A stretch of DNA of 63,950 bases, the filler included, from Phoronis australis (taxonomy: Eukaryota; Animalia; Phoronida): NCBI GenBank assembly GCA_002633005.1. It is 5 parts of 5 records of this genome, joined end to end, with 100 filler letters (N's around TTAATTAATTAA, not from the genome) between each part and the next. Parts side by side here need not be neighbours in the genome. Positions count along the whole stretch, not along the records: positions 30,716 to 57,025 come from NMRA01000781.1; positions 57,126 to 59,750 come from NMRA01003545.1; positions 59,851 to 61,463 come from NMRA01001558.1; 2 more parts are not named here. One strand, written 5' to 3'. The translations under genes and the position numbers were made by a program. The notes below the pieces were generated by a model. It was not told where the DNA came from. It ran no database searches and saw nothing but the letters and a program-made list of their open reading frames with translations. The first letter of the stretch is position 1, and the number at the start of each line of letters is the position of its first letter. Below are positions 49,990 through 61,114 of the stretch, in pieces.

Positions 49990-52020
49990 TGACAGAATAT
50001 TAGTTTGTTATAGCCAGTGCTGCTGTCATCATCTCAAGGGAGATGTCGCAAAACATTAGAAAATGGCGCATGCATGTGCCACGAGCATGCTTTTTTCATA
50101 ACGACGACATACTTTTCTTTGTTACAAAAAGTGGAGAATTATGCAACAAAATGATTTTATTGGATTGTTTTTCACTTAAACGGCTGCAAGGGGCAAGGTA
50201 AGTGTCGGTTGACTCTCAGATTTTACATGCACTCCCATTGGTCGTTAGCTCTACATGTTGATATAAGATTCACAACGAGGTGACGAGCATAACTACCCGG
50301 GCTGTGTGATATTTCGGGGTCTAATGGAGCTCAACACATAATGCAACTAGCTGGCTGGTAGCCTTGGTACAAAGCTGTATACTACAGCTTTTGTGCCGAT
50401 GAGGATAAAAAATGACCAAATAAAATGTGACCCAAAATTAGTGTCATTAAAAACTACACACTTCCTAAACTAAACTAAATTATTTAACGGTGTTGGAAAG
50501 TTGGTGTTCTACCGTTATTCTGTTCTTTAAGTTGTGGAGCGATCTTTTGCGTTGGTATTCAGCGCCATGAAATATTGCGCCATCTATTGGCCAATTTGTT
50601 TTTTCGCCAATTCTTTATTCAAATGTTCTTCTTCCAAGAGTTGCATATCGGAACTGGTTTCAGTTCGTTGCAATTTTTTAGTATTTTAATACCAGTTTGC
50701 TGGTATTAACAAATATTGCTGCTGCAAAGCTGTCATCATCTCCTGATAGATGTCACAAAATTTTAGGAAATGGTGCGTGTGAGTGTCACGAACTTAATTT
50801 TTTCAAAACGATGACAGATTGTTCATTGTTACAAAATGCGGAGATCATCCAAAAAACAATGTTTGTTGCATTGTTTTTCACTTAAACGGCTGCAACGGGC
50901 AAGGTGAGTGTTAGTTTACTACCAGATTTTGCAAACACTGCTGATCTTTAGCTCTACAAGTTTCATGACCAGGTGACTAGCAGAACTACCTGGATTAAGT
51001 GAAAATTCGGGGTCTGTACAATGGCGGATTTAGAGGGGGGCCAAGGGGGCCATGCCCCCAATTAAATTTCTCCCAGATTCCATTTGACAGTATAGGTGGT
51101 GCGAATGTCTGAAGGGCAAATTCCTGGCTAATACTTTGCCATGGCCCCCCAAATCAAAATCCTGGATCCGTCCCTGCTGTCAGAGCTCAACACACAGTCG
51201 TACCTAACTGTATTTTGACGATAGTCTTCATACTAGCTGGCTGGCTTCTCTTGTCTGGCGTTCTCATGTTCTGGATTAGCCTGGGTACAAAGCTGTATAA
51301 ATATACAGCTTTGCAGCGATGCGGGTAAAAAAAGTGGTAAGATAAAATCTGACACAATATTAGTGTCCTTAAACACCGCAGTCTTCCTTGAGTAAACGAA
51401 ATTATTTAACGGTATTGGAAAAAATGGAGTTCTGCCGTTATTCTGCTGCTAAAGTTGTGAAGCGAACTTTAGCGACGGCTTTCGGCGCCATGAAATATTG
51501 CGTCACCTATTGGCCAGTTTCTTTTTTCGCCAATTCTTCAATCAACTGTTCTTCTTTCAAGAAGTTGCGTACACGTCACAACAAATTATAGGAGCTGGTT
51601 TCACTTCAATGTAAATTTTTAGAATTTTGATACCGAAAAACCGAATTTCAGAAGAAATTTTGCTGCTGCGAAGCTATAACCATCATCTCCCGAGAGATGT
51701 CGCAAAAACTTAGGAAATAGCGCGTGCAGGTGACACGAGCAAATTGTTTTCAAAACGATGACATACTTTTCATTGTTTGTTAGACAAGGCGGAGACGCAA
51801 GAAAATGACGTTTATTGCATTGTTTTTCACATTTACGGCTGTAACATAATGGTAAGGTGAGTGTCGGTCGACTCCCAGATTTTGAAAGCGAGTTGATGAG
51901 CTGAACTACCCTGGCTGTGTGCAATTTCGGGGTCTACGGAAGAAATACACTCAGTGGGACCTAGATGTATTTTGACGACAGTCTTCATACATCATACATT
52001 CATACAGCTAGCTGGCTGGC
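49990..52020 (+). repeat. Three diverged tandem copies of a ~700-bp unit in SRA1 intron 1
   Basis: CATCATCTC..GAGATGTCGCAAAA..TTAG.AAAT.GCGC recurs near 50026, 50734 and 51681. Confidence 0.8.
51019..51176. mobile_element. Short CAxxGGCGGAT...ATCCGxCxxTG MITE (relatives near 16145, 16670, 20690-21014, 27001)
   Basis: Has TIRs. It interrupts one copy of the ~700-bp intronic repeat and is absent from the other two copies. Confidence 0.7.
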
Positions 52021-52204
52021 TAGTTCTGAATCTGAATCTGTTTTGATGCCAAATTAAATCAGAAAATCAAATAACCACTTTCAAATTGTACACAAATTTC
52101 CCAACTCTATGAACACCACTTTTACTTTCCATTTAAATCAATCAATTTATGATAAACTATTTTTACTTCTATATATTTGTCAAATTTGACAAGTGCCAAC
52201 TCAC

Positions 52205-52223
52205 CCGGGCGAGTGTTCGCCAT
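52205..52223 (-). CDS. SRA1: SRA1/SRAP exon 1 (MANTRP-G)
   Basis: ATG GCG AAC ACT CGC CCG G|GTGAGT joins exon 2 to give RPGNCEKGWNDPP (cf. SRAP KPGNKERGWNDPP). Confidence 0.8.
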
Positions 52224-53078
52224 GTCTGTGTTTACGTTTTGCACCGACGAATAGGAAAGCCACAAGTCAGTGTTATCGGAATAGCACCTCATTTTATGAA
52301 CCAAGTAGCGTTTTTACCGGAGACGCAATATATATCTTTTTGCGTTTAAAAATAACTAATAAGATAATAAAACTTAAATTTTTAGACTATAAAACATTTT
52401 TTTGATCTTTAATAGACAAAAAATGATATATTATGCCAAAAACAAGGTAATATGAAAAAGATATTTTTGTCATATTCCCTGCCACCTAGCGCTCAAATGT
52501 CAAATCAATTCTGTTGGTGTAGCGTATGTGGATTTTGATCAAAGTCTATTTCTTTTGTGTTTCATCTCGTCTCGAAAATGTCGTGACAGTAGCTGAAAAA
52601 TTTCAATTTTGGTGACTTTGTCATAGACAATTCACGTTATTTTGGAAAAGCTATGCTCCAGTCAATCGCTCGGTTGAGTTTTTATCTGCTTTTCTCACTG
52701 ACGTTTGTCTGCTCGACTGCTCTTCAGAAATCAGCAACAGGTGAGAAAAAGATTCGTCCAGACTAAACAAGTCAACTCATTGACTGACTGTACATCATAT
52801 CAGTATCCAAGATTAAAAAACTTTCTTTTGAATTTTGCAATAGTGTTGCCATTAATACAGAAGCTGCGAAGCTGCTCACTGCTTTGCTAAAAAACTTTCG
52901 AACTGTGTAAAAAGTTTTGTTGGTCTGTGACTGTGTCGTGATTTGGAGAATTAGGCAAACCCAAGGAACAGTAATGTGTTAAAGGGTGAATTGAGTTAAC
53001 TGTTCTGCTCTGTCTCTCATAGGCCAATTGTGTGAGCTCTGCTTCGGGTAGACAATTACATCGGCCTGGATGCTGCAA

Positions 53079-53757
53079 GCATACAGGGCACAGGGGTGAC
53101 ATCCCCACAAAAAGTTACGAATTTCAAAATACAGGAAATAAAATCAAATGAAATATGCATATATGCTCATGGAATTATAATTAACACATACCATAAGTCT
53201 GGAGATGATTCAGTCAAGATAATTTGAACAAATCGATGAAAATTTGCCGCGGTTTGCTCAAGTTTCTGTTACCGGGTGCCATTTTGAGGAAGTTACGTGA
53301 AATCATGCATATTGACGAATAAAAAGTCCAAGGGACACAAATCTTACAAATTTCACCTGATACCTTCCCATGCTATTTTGCAAGTGTCACGCGCCAGCGT
53401 CACGCGCTTCGCTCAGTCTCGCGCTAGCCTTTGCCTAACTCACGTGACATAGTTGAAATACTTTGTGGTTATCTCAGGGGGGGAGGGAGGGGTGAAAAAG
53501 TTAACGGTGACCAAAAAAGTGGAGTTGAAATTCTTCACCAAAGTCTACTTAATTCTCGTAACTAAGCTCCATTGAAGATATGTGAAGAAGTAGAAAGGAC
53601 CACTGAAGAAAGTAAGTGCTTTTTTAAGTGATAGTTTTAAGTGTGGAATATATTTTTGACGAGGTGAAAACTCCTAATCAGTGGCTGGATTTGGCCTACT
53701 GCCCATTTAAAATACACGGGATGAAATTCGTACAGAAAGCGATGGGAAGTGTTGTAG
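53079..53757 (+). repeat. Dispersed repeat, second copy of 7213-7898
   Basis: Colinear similarity, e.g. AAAAAGTCCAAGGGACACAAATCTTACAAATTTCAC and GCTTCGCTCAGTCTCGCGCTAGCCTTTGCCT in both copies. Confidence 0.85.
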
Positions 53758-56231
53758 CCCTAACCAGCCAACCGAGGGGCTACGTGTTGCCTATGCTTCG
53801 GGTAGACAGTGCCACTGTTTGTAGTTAACATTGCCTATGCTTCGGGTAGACAGTGCCACTGTTTGTAGTTAACATTAGAGATGGTGGTGCACTTACAGCT
53901 CAAACTGATTTGGGTCACTTCAGTTTGGCACGGGTTGGTGGGCCAAACTGATGCCTATGCTAAACTGAAGCTACCTTAAGTTCCCGAATTACTTTCAATG
54001 GTTTATGGATTTTTCAACTGTTATAAGAACTGAAATTGATGATCATGTTTGTAGGTTTAATCACACTGGGGAAGTGTCTTGAGAAACTACCACGCACCGC
54101 TTTGCACTCATTAACTTTGTTACCAATATCGGTTCTAATAACCATTAAAAATGCATAAACTGTTTGCAGTAATGTGGGGACTTATAGTAGCTTCAGTTTG
54201 GTGTAGGCATCAGTTTGGGCTGCAACAGCACGCCCATATGGCCTTGATACGTTATAAGCATTTCAGCCAGTTATGCCTTACACTGATTAAACGGTCATGT
54301 TGTTTTTACTCATATAGGGAGTTACACCTTAGAGACTTAGTCCTTAAATTGGGGGCGTTGCATGAAAAAATCCCTACTTATTTTCAATAACATTGAGAAT
54401 TCAAACTAGATTTCACTCTCGATTTGTATCAAAGCCAAAATTAGCATAGTGATGATACTCAATCAGCACAAGATTGGACAATCAGTGTTTTCACAAGCCC
54501 GTAAATACGCAGTAGATTTAGGGACCTTAATTGAGTACCTATTTGGGACTGTGCAACCCGGCACTGGTGTCATGTGTGGATGGCCTCGTGTACAGTTCAG
54601 TTATGTAGACATAGTGTGAATGACTGTTTGTCATTCATTGTAATTGTTGAATTTGAGATGGTCAGTGTTAACTTTTTATAAAATTTGCTACAAGCTACCA
54701 CATTGAAAAAGGAATTTTACTGTCCTAAACTGGAGAATTCTTACCGTACATACTGGTAGATTCCTGTGTGGTAGATAGGGGTTTTAGCTCCGTACAGCCA
54801 TACTTGATGCTTGATGTCTGTTTGCCTTCACCCTCACTCAGTTCTGTACTTGCATTGTTGACTGCAGGTTCATACTGTGTCATGACTGAATTTATTTTCG
54901 CTGGCTTAGCTTGTAGTTTGTGTTGCTTGAGTGGTCTGAAGACTAGTGACAGTTCTTCAAATATCTTTACAAAGATTTGTTCTTTTAATGCAACATCTTC
55001 AGGTATGTATATTGCAAATGAATCTTCTTCACCTTGGAATTGTTTCCCTGTGCATAATTCAGTGAAGAACATTTATTATTGCATATGTAAATTGGGTTCA
55101 TTTTTCATCAGTGTAATTGGCTTTGTGTATTAATCACCTTAATAATTAGCCAGACATTCAACAGCTCTATATATTCATAACCAGATCATTTAGCATTCAA
55201 ACCATTGTACCGAGTCTTCCCAATGGCTGAATTGCTGTATTCAAAATTCCATAAGAGGATACTACGGTGACCAACTTCTGGGAGTAACTACTAACGTTAG
55301 TTCTAAGTTTGTATTTTACAACTAAACCATCTTTTCCTTTGGTACCTTGTAACTAATCTTGTCAGGTCAAGGTTCAAATCTTGTGCTCAGTGACATTGCA
55401 TTATTTACATGTCCTCTGATTAGAAAGTGGATTGGAAGTCTTATCCGTTTTATGGTTAAAAGTACAAGGTAAAGGTTCGCCGCTTTCCCATTAAAGACAC
55501 TTCATTTTACCAAAGCTTCACCAAAACTCCATTTACCTTTCTGTCTAGACAACGATATTGAAGTTACCGTATGGCTAAGATACCAGACGACGCAGTTCAT
55601 TCGTACTCTCAATCGAATATTGGGTAGTGGTTTTGGGGGTTACTGAAAATAGTTTTCCTGCCATTTACAAGTGTTTATGAAAATGATCATTGTCATTCTT
55701 CTTGAAATATGCTTTCTTTTATTTTTTACGTGTGTCCATTCAGAGCACGCCGGGTACGCTAGAATAACAAAGAACACGTTTTGCGAGTTTTGCGTGATCG
55801 CATATCCTAGCTGCGACTTTTACTGATAACTTCAGTGAAGTTTCGCTGTGAGCTTTCCCACTACTTCGAAGTTTAGGGGGAATACTAAAGCTTTCCTTTT
55901 ATATCCTAGTTTTTAACGAAGTAGTTAACCTTTCCCACTTAAAAAACTTCAGTAAAAGCGAAGTTTCACTTCTAATGGGCCTTCTCATCATCAACCCTAA
56001 ATCAGGCAGGATCACATGAGTGATGAAAACACTAGCAATTAAAGTGCTAGTGAAAATGCTCTAGAATATCAGTCAGATAGAAGAGCTGTTTGAGAGAGAG
56101 AAACTAACTTTATTTTTTAAATCATGCAAAAACATACATTGTGATATGACTGGGTGGTCATCAAAGCACGGTCACTTATAGCTGACCACTTAGTAACTAT
56201 GAATTAATAACAATTAAGAAGAACAAAAAGC

Positions 56232-57025
56232 TGTTGGTAGTCCTTCGGGTCCGAAGATGACGTAGGTTGTGTGTCTCATCGTCTATATACACGAAGATGG
56301 CTCTGCAGTCGCAGTCTTGACGCGCAGAGTTTAGCACAGGTGGGGCATTGGAACTCCGTTGTAGTAACAGTGGTGGATGCTGCTGAGTGGCGTTTCTCTC
56401 GAACAGCTTCGAGTCTCTTACAGCGGTCATCCTCAAAACTGGCAGTTGCTTTTCGAATCGTGGCTTGCCACTTTGGTCTCTCTCCTGCAACAGCTTTCAG
56501 CTCCCTGGGTTTGATGTTGCACCACTTCAGGTTGGCTTTGACGGTGTCTTTGTAGCGAAGGCGAGGGCGTCCTTGCTTCCTTCTCCCAGTCTTCAGCTCG
56601 CTTTACAAAAGCTGGTGAGGCATTCTGTAGTCCTCAATCTTAATGATGTGCCCCACCTATCGCAGTTGAGCCTTGAGTAGTATCGCTTCAATGCTGGTTG
56701 ACTGGGCACGTTCTAGGACCTCAAGGTTGGTGATTCGGTCCTGCCATCGGATTCCTAGGATGGAGCGAAGAGAACGCATGTGGAAGCTCTCAAGCTTCTT
56801 GATGTGCCTGCGGTAGAGGGTCCATGACTCGCAGCCATAGAGCAGAGAGGTCAGGACCACTGAAGAATACACCTTCAGTTTAGTAGACAGGCGGATGTTG
56901 TGTTCGTTGAGCACCCGTGTTCTCAGTCTTCCAAGTGCTTGGCTCGCCTTGCTTATCCTGGAAGCAATCTCTTTGTCTAAGCTGCCATCTTTTGAGATGA
57001 CGCTCCCCAGGTATTTGAAGTGCTC
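56232..57025 (-). mobile_element. RTE/BovB-type LINE, 3' part of RT ORF + 3' UTR, decayed
   Basis: Reads HFKYLGSVISKDGSLDKEIASRISKA...TKLKVYSSVVLTSLLYGCESWT...AQLR*VGH...GRPRLRYKD...CPTCAKLCASRLRLQSH. Has in-frame stops and is cut by a gap. Confidence 0.92.
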
Positions 57026-57127
57026 NNNNNNNNNNNNNNNNNNNNNNNNNNNNNNNNNNNNNNNNNNNNTTAATTAATTAANNNNNNNNNNNNNNNNNNN
57101 NNNNNNNNNNNNNNNNNNNNNNNNNTA

Positions 57128-59072
57128 CAGGGCTTGGAATTTTCCGCGGAAACGCGGATTTCCGCTTTTTTGAAATGTGCTTTCCGCTTTTTTTATAATA
57201 TTAGCGGAAATTTGCTGGCGAAGAGTGAGTATGGTTGCTGCATGATAGTTCTACGGAAATATTGGTGAAATGTATGTCACAAGGCTTGGAATTTTTGGTG
57301 GAAATGCGGATTTCCGCTTTTTTCAAATGTTCTGTCCGCGCATTTTATCATATTTCCGCGTAAAAAAAAGTCGGATTTGATATAAAATTTCCGCGGCAAA
57401 TTCCTTTCTTACCGCGGCGTTGCTGACGACGTTCACCTCGAAAGGCGGAAGTTGCTCTTTATGTTTCGGAGGAACGTAAATTGTCAACATTGCCGGGGCA
57501 TCTGGGATAGCGTGGTGGGATTTTCAATGGCGTCTCGTGTGATTGTAAACGCAAAAGGTACCCGCTCATCCAAAACCTTTACGACAAACAGATGGCGCTG
57601 GATGCAATGATGCTTTACTAACAGGTAGCGCTGCTCACAGTCATTTGACATTCTTGTGTGAACTGAATCTTCACCCAGCACCTTCACCTACATTCTACAG
57701 CTGCTGACGTCACATCGCCGTTGTGACAATGTGACATGATGAGCTCAGTGCTTCACTCTTTGTTTATACTGTCAGCTGTTATTAATCATGGCCACCAACA
57801 TGTTTATAGTACATGGTTCAGTTCGTTAAATAGATACTATATAAGTTGAAACCACTCTCTTTTGCCTTAGTGTTGATAGAACATTTCCACTTGGTGAACT
57901 ATCAGCTACCGTCTGCTGGACTGTTGTTGGCTAACGAGACACTGAATGAAAAAGAAAATATTGCAAGAGAATAAAACCTAACATGTATATTACCATGTAT
58001 AATTCAAGCATAAATTAAAAAATATAGTGGTTATATTTCAACCTAATTAAAATTATGGTTGTTGAGTTGCCAAAATCATCTCGCCGGGCGGAAAAGTGGC
58101 CGGGCTCGGTTTAGTAGCCACCTTAAAAGCTGGTATGGTGACAACCAGGCTCATGCTTCCCAAAGGATTGCAACATTGTAGGCTGCATATTGTAAGATAG
58201 ATTTCACCTCACGCACTTAGGTTTAGTTTGGCACAAACTTCTGACAGAAAAATACCCGACAGAATGTTTAATGTCAACACTGGGGGAATTATGTAACAGC
58301 TAAAGGTGAATTATCAAAGCTCTTTATGCATTTTTGACCGAAAGGGTTAATTTTGGCATGGTGAAATGATTTATTATATGGAGTTTATCGGGTAAACGTT
58401 CAAGTACTGACCAATAAGTTCGCTCAAAAACTAGACGATTGAAGAGCAAAAATCAGTTTATTTGACCAACTTATATGTCGCCTCACCATAGTCACGTTCA
58501 TTGAATATATATTTTTATCCCAGCGTTTAGGCCGAGCAACCACAACAGCGTAGATTATTTGAACACTTTCATCTTAATTATATGTTATAAATAGTTATTA
58601 CAAAAGGGGTTTTAAACATGGAATGTCGGACACAAAGATTTCTTTTCCACACAAATTCGCCACTCATCAGGACATATGCTGTCTGGTTCATGAACTCTCG
58701 TGACCTGTGGCTACAGTCAGCAGCAGCAGAATGTAGGTCAAGGTGCTGGCAGACAGTCTTGTTTGAGATCCTTAGCCATAAAATGACACGTGATTGATGA
58801 GAAGCGCCATCTGTTTGTCGTAAAGGTTTTGGATGAGCCGGTGCCTTTTGCATTGTAAACCGCGGTGACTAATACTACGGCTCTGCAGCCAAAAATGTGT
58901 GGGGGTGGGAGTGTACGGACGAGCTAAAAAGACGCAGACGCATGCTACTGATGGTGGTAACGTTTTTTTTTGTCGGCGAAAGGTTTGCACCGACTATTTG
59001 AAGGCTGGGTAGCGCGTATGTTTGGGGCCGTAAAAGTTTCCGCGTTTTTGTCATTGGTCATTCCAAGCCCTG
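57128..59072. mobile_element. Non-autonomous TIR DNA transposon (hAT-like ends)
   Basis: 13-bp TIR CAGGGCTTGGAAT / ATTCCAAGCCCTG, with TTCCGC subterminal repeats. No transposase ORF. Confidence 0.7.
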
Positions 59073-59667
59073 ATGTCAAGATCTGGTAAACTTTGGTTGA
59101 CTTCACTTGATGTCTGGGCAATGTTGGGCAATATTTTGGTAATTGTGGTCAATATCTTGTCAACGTTAGTCTGTATCTGGGCAACATTGGTCAATATCTA
59201 GGCCACGTTGGATAGTATTTGGTCAAAGTTTGTCAATATCTGGGCAATGTTGGTCAATACCTTTGCAACGTTAATCAGCCTGTTAAGAGCGCAACGCTAT
59301 TCCAATAACTACACTACCCTAAATTTGGCCTTGGTTGCTGCTAAGTAGAAATAGTAATTCACATATAATGTGTGGGCACGTTATTTTATTTTAATGTCAA
59401 AATATGTAGTTATGTAGTATTAGCACGTGGTTGTTGCACATTCAGCCATTAACGTGTTGGAACTCGTGTTGTATGACCTAAATTTTTGCACTTGTGTATG
59501 TCTCTAAGTTACAGTCAATCAAAATTTGTTGTTTCAAAACAGCACATGGGGAAATTTAGTGCAAAACCAACCAGCAAGGGGATTGTGGTTTGCAAACTGT
59601 GTTTCTAATATTCAGTCTCTGTACATGTAGTGGCAGTGAAGTACTTCTGTCTTCTCATTTCCTTCAG

Positions 59668-59750
59668 CCTGAAGTCAAAAGGTGAGCCCGTCCACATCAT
59701 CCACAATGAATGTCTAGTCTGTAATGAGGAAGCAGCTAATGTGACCTTTG
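59668..59750 (+). CDS. Exon fragment encoding the start of a RING-HC finger (Mind bomb 2-like), cut by gap
   Basis: Strong pyrimidine tract + cAG. Reads LKSKGEPVHIIHNECLVCNEEAANVTF (ECxVC...F.PC pattern). Confidence 0.55.
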
Positions 59751-61075
59751 NNNNNNNNNNNNNNNNNNNNNNNNNNNNNNNNNNNNNNNNNNNNTTAATT
59801 AATTAANNNNNNNNNNNNNNNNNNNNNNNNNNNNNNNNNNNNNNNNNNNNCAATGACCTGTAGGGAGTCGTTAGTTACAGAAAATCGGCCAGAAAGTTAG
59901 CGCTTGAAATTTTGTCGAGTAGATAAGTTGTGTTGTAAAATTGCCATAATGTAAGGTTACATTATTGGCGTGAAAAATGTTAGATTTTGGTGTTAAAGAA
60001 TAAGAATCCAACTCTCAGTTGAAGTCTCAGTGGTGTTATTTTGTCTCAGACGGTTTCGTGTGAGCAAATGGCGTACCGTTCTGTGCGGCAATTTAAATGT
60101 TGAAATTCAGCTGTTAAATATTGAGCTATTGGAACACGGTCAGTCCATGTGAGATACAACCACAGTTTACTGCAGGAGGCCCGTATATTGATATGGTCAG
60201 TGGGCATGTCTAAAGACAATTCTCTGCAGCTATGGCCAGCGTGTACAATTGACCTATCGCCAGGATTTTGAACACGGCATTATTGACATACCTTCATTTT
60301 CAAGCTGCCATTTTACCCGACAAAGAACACGTTGCCGGGTAAAACTTACTGTTTGTTAATCGACGTTATGCAAGGGGGTTGAGCTTGCCTTAGGTCAACT
60401 AGGAACAAAATATGTAGGGTTGAATTCCAAAGCCTCTGCTTTGTTATGTAATGCATTCCCAAATGGGTATCTGGTGGAAATTTTTGACCATGAACTCCTG
60501 ACCTTGTTGACCATTATACAGTGTCCCCCACAACCTGTTATGACTCATCACTGCGTCGAGTTTGAATTTTGCCGTGATTGGTTTGGCTCACTTGCATCAT
60601 GTTTGAAGCTATGCAGAGTTTGAAATATTGGATTCTTGGCACCACTTCTATGCATTTATTCCAAGACTCAACAATCATATTCCCCACACGATGGACATGG
60701 ACTTAGGAATGCCTACATGAATTTTCTGTTGTGGAGAGCGTCATATGTTGACGGTGTTGTGCACTGACTTTCTTGATTAAAGTTTGCACGCTGGTAGGCG
60801 CATTGAGACACCGGAGCATACCCGGATTTAATGGTTATAGTCACTAATGGGGTCCTGAGTTTTGAGAACCAGTTTCTCAAAATCCGCCACTCTTGTAAGT
60901 GGCTATTTGCCGGCTCAATTTTTGGTCCTGCTGTTGGTATTTTTCAAATGTACACCCCTACTTGTCTCCAGAAGTGACATTGTCAATTACTCATTGTGGT
61001 TTGTGTGCTATGGAACTTTTATGTGAATGTTTGATTACGACATACAACTTTAAATACCCCTGGTTTTCTTTTCAG

Positions 61076-61114
61076 GACGTGGAGGGTGAGGAGGGCGAGG
61101 CAGGCGATGACTAG
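61076..61114 (+). CDS. Probable terminal coding exon of an unidentified gene (DVEGEEGEAGDD*)
   Basis: Strong acceptor ttttcttttcAG followed by a GC-richer acidic frame and TAG. No family recognised. Confidence 0.3.
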   Translation, partial: DVEGEEGEAGDD

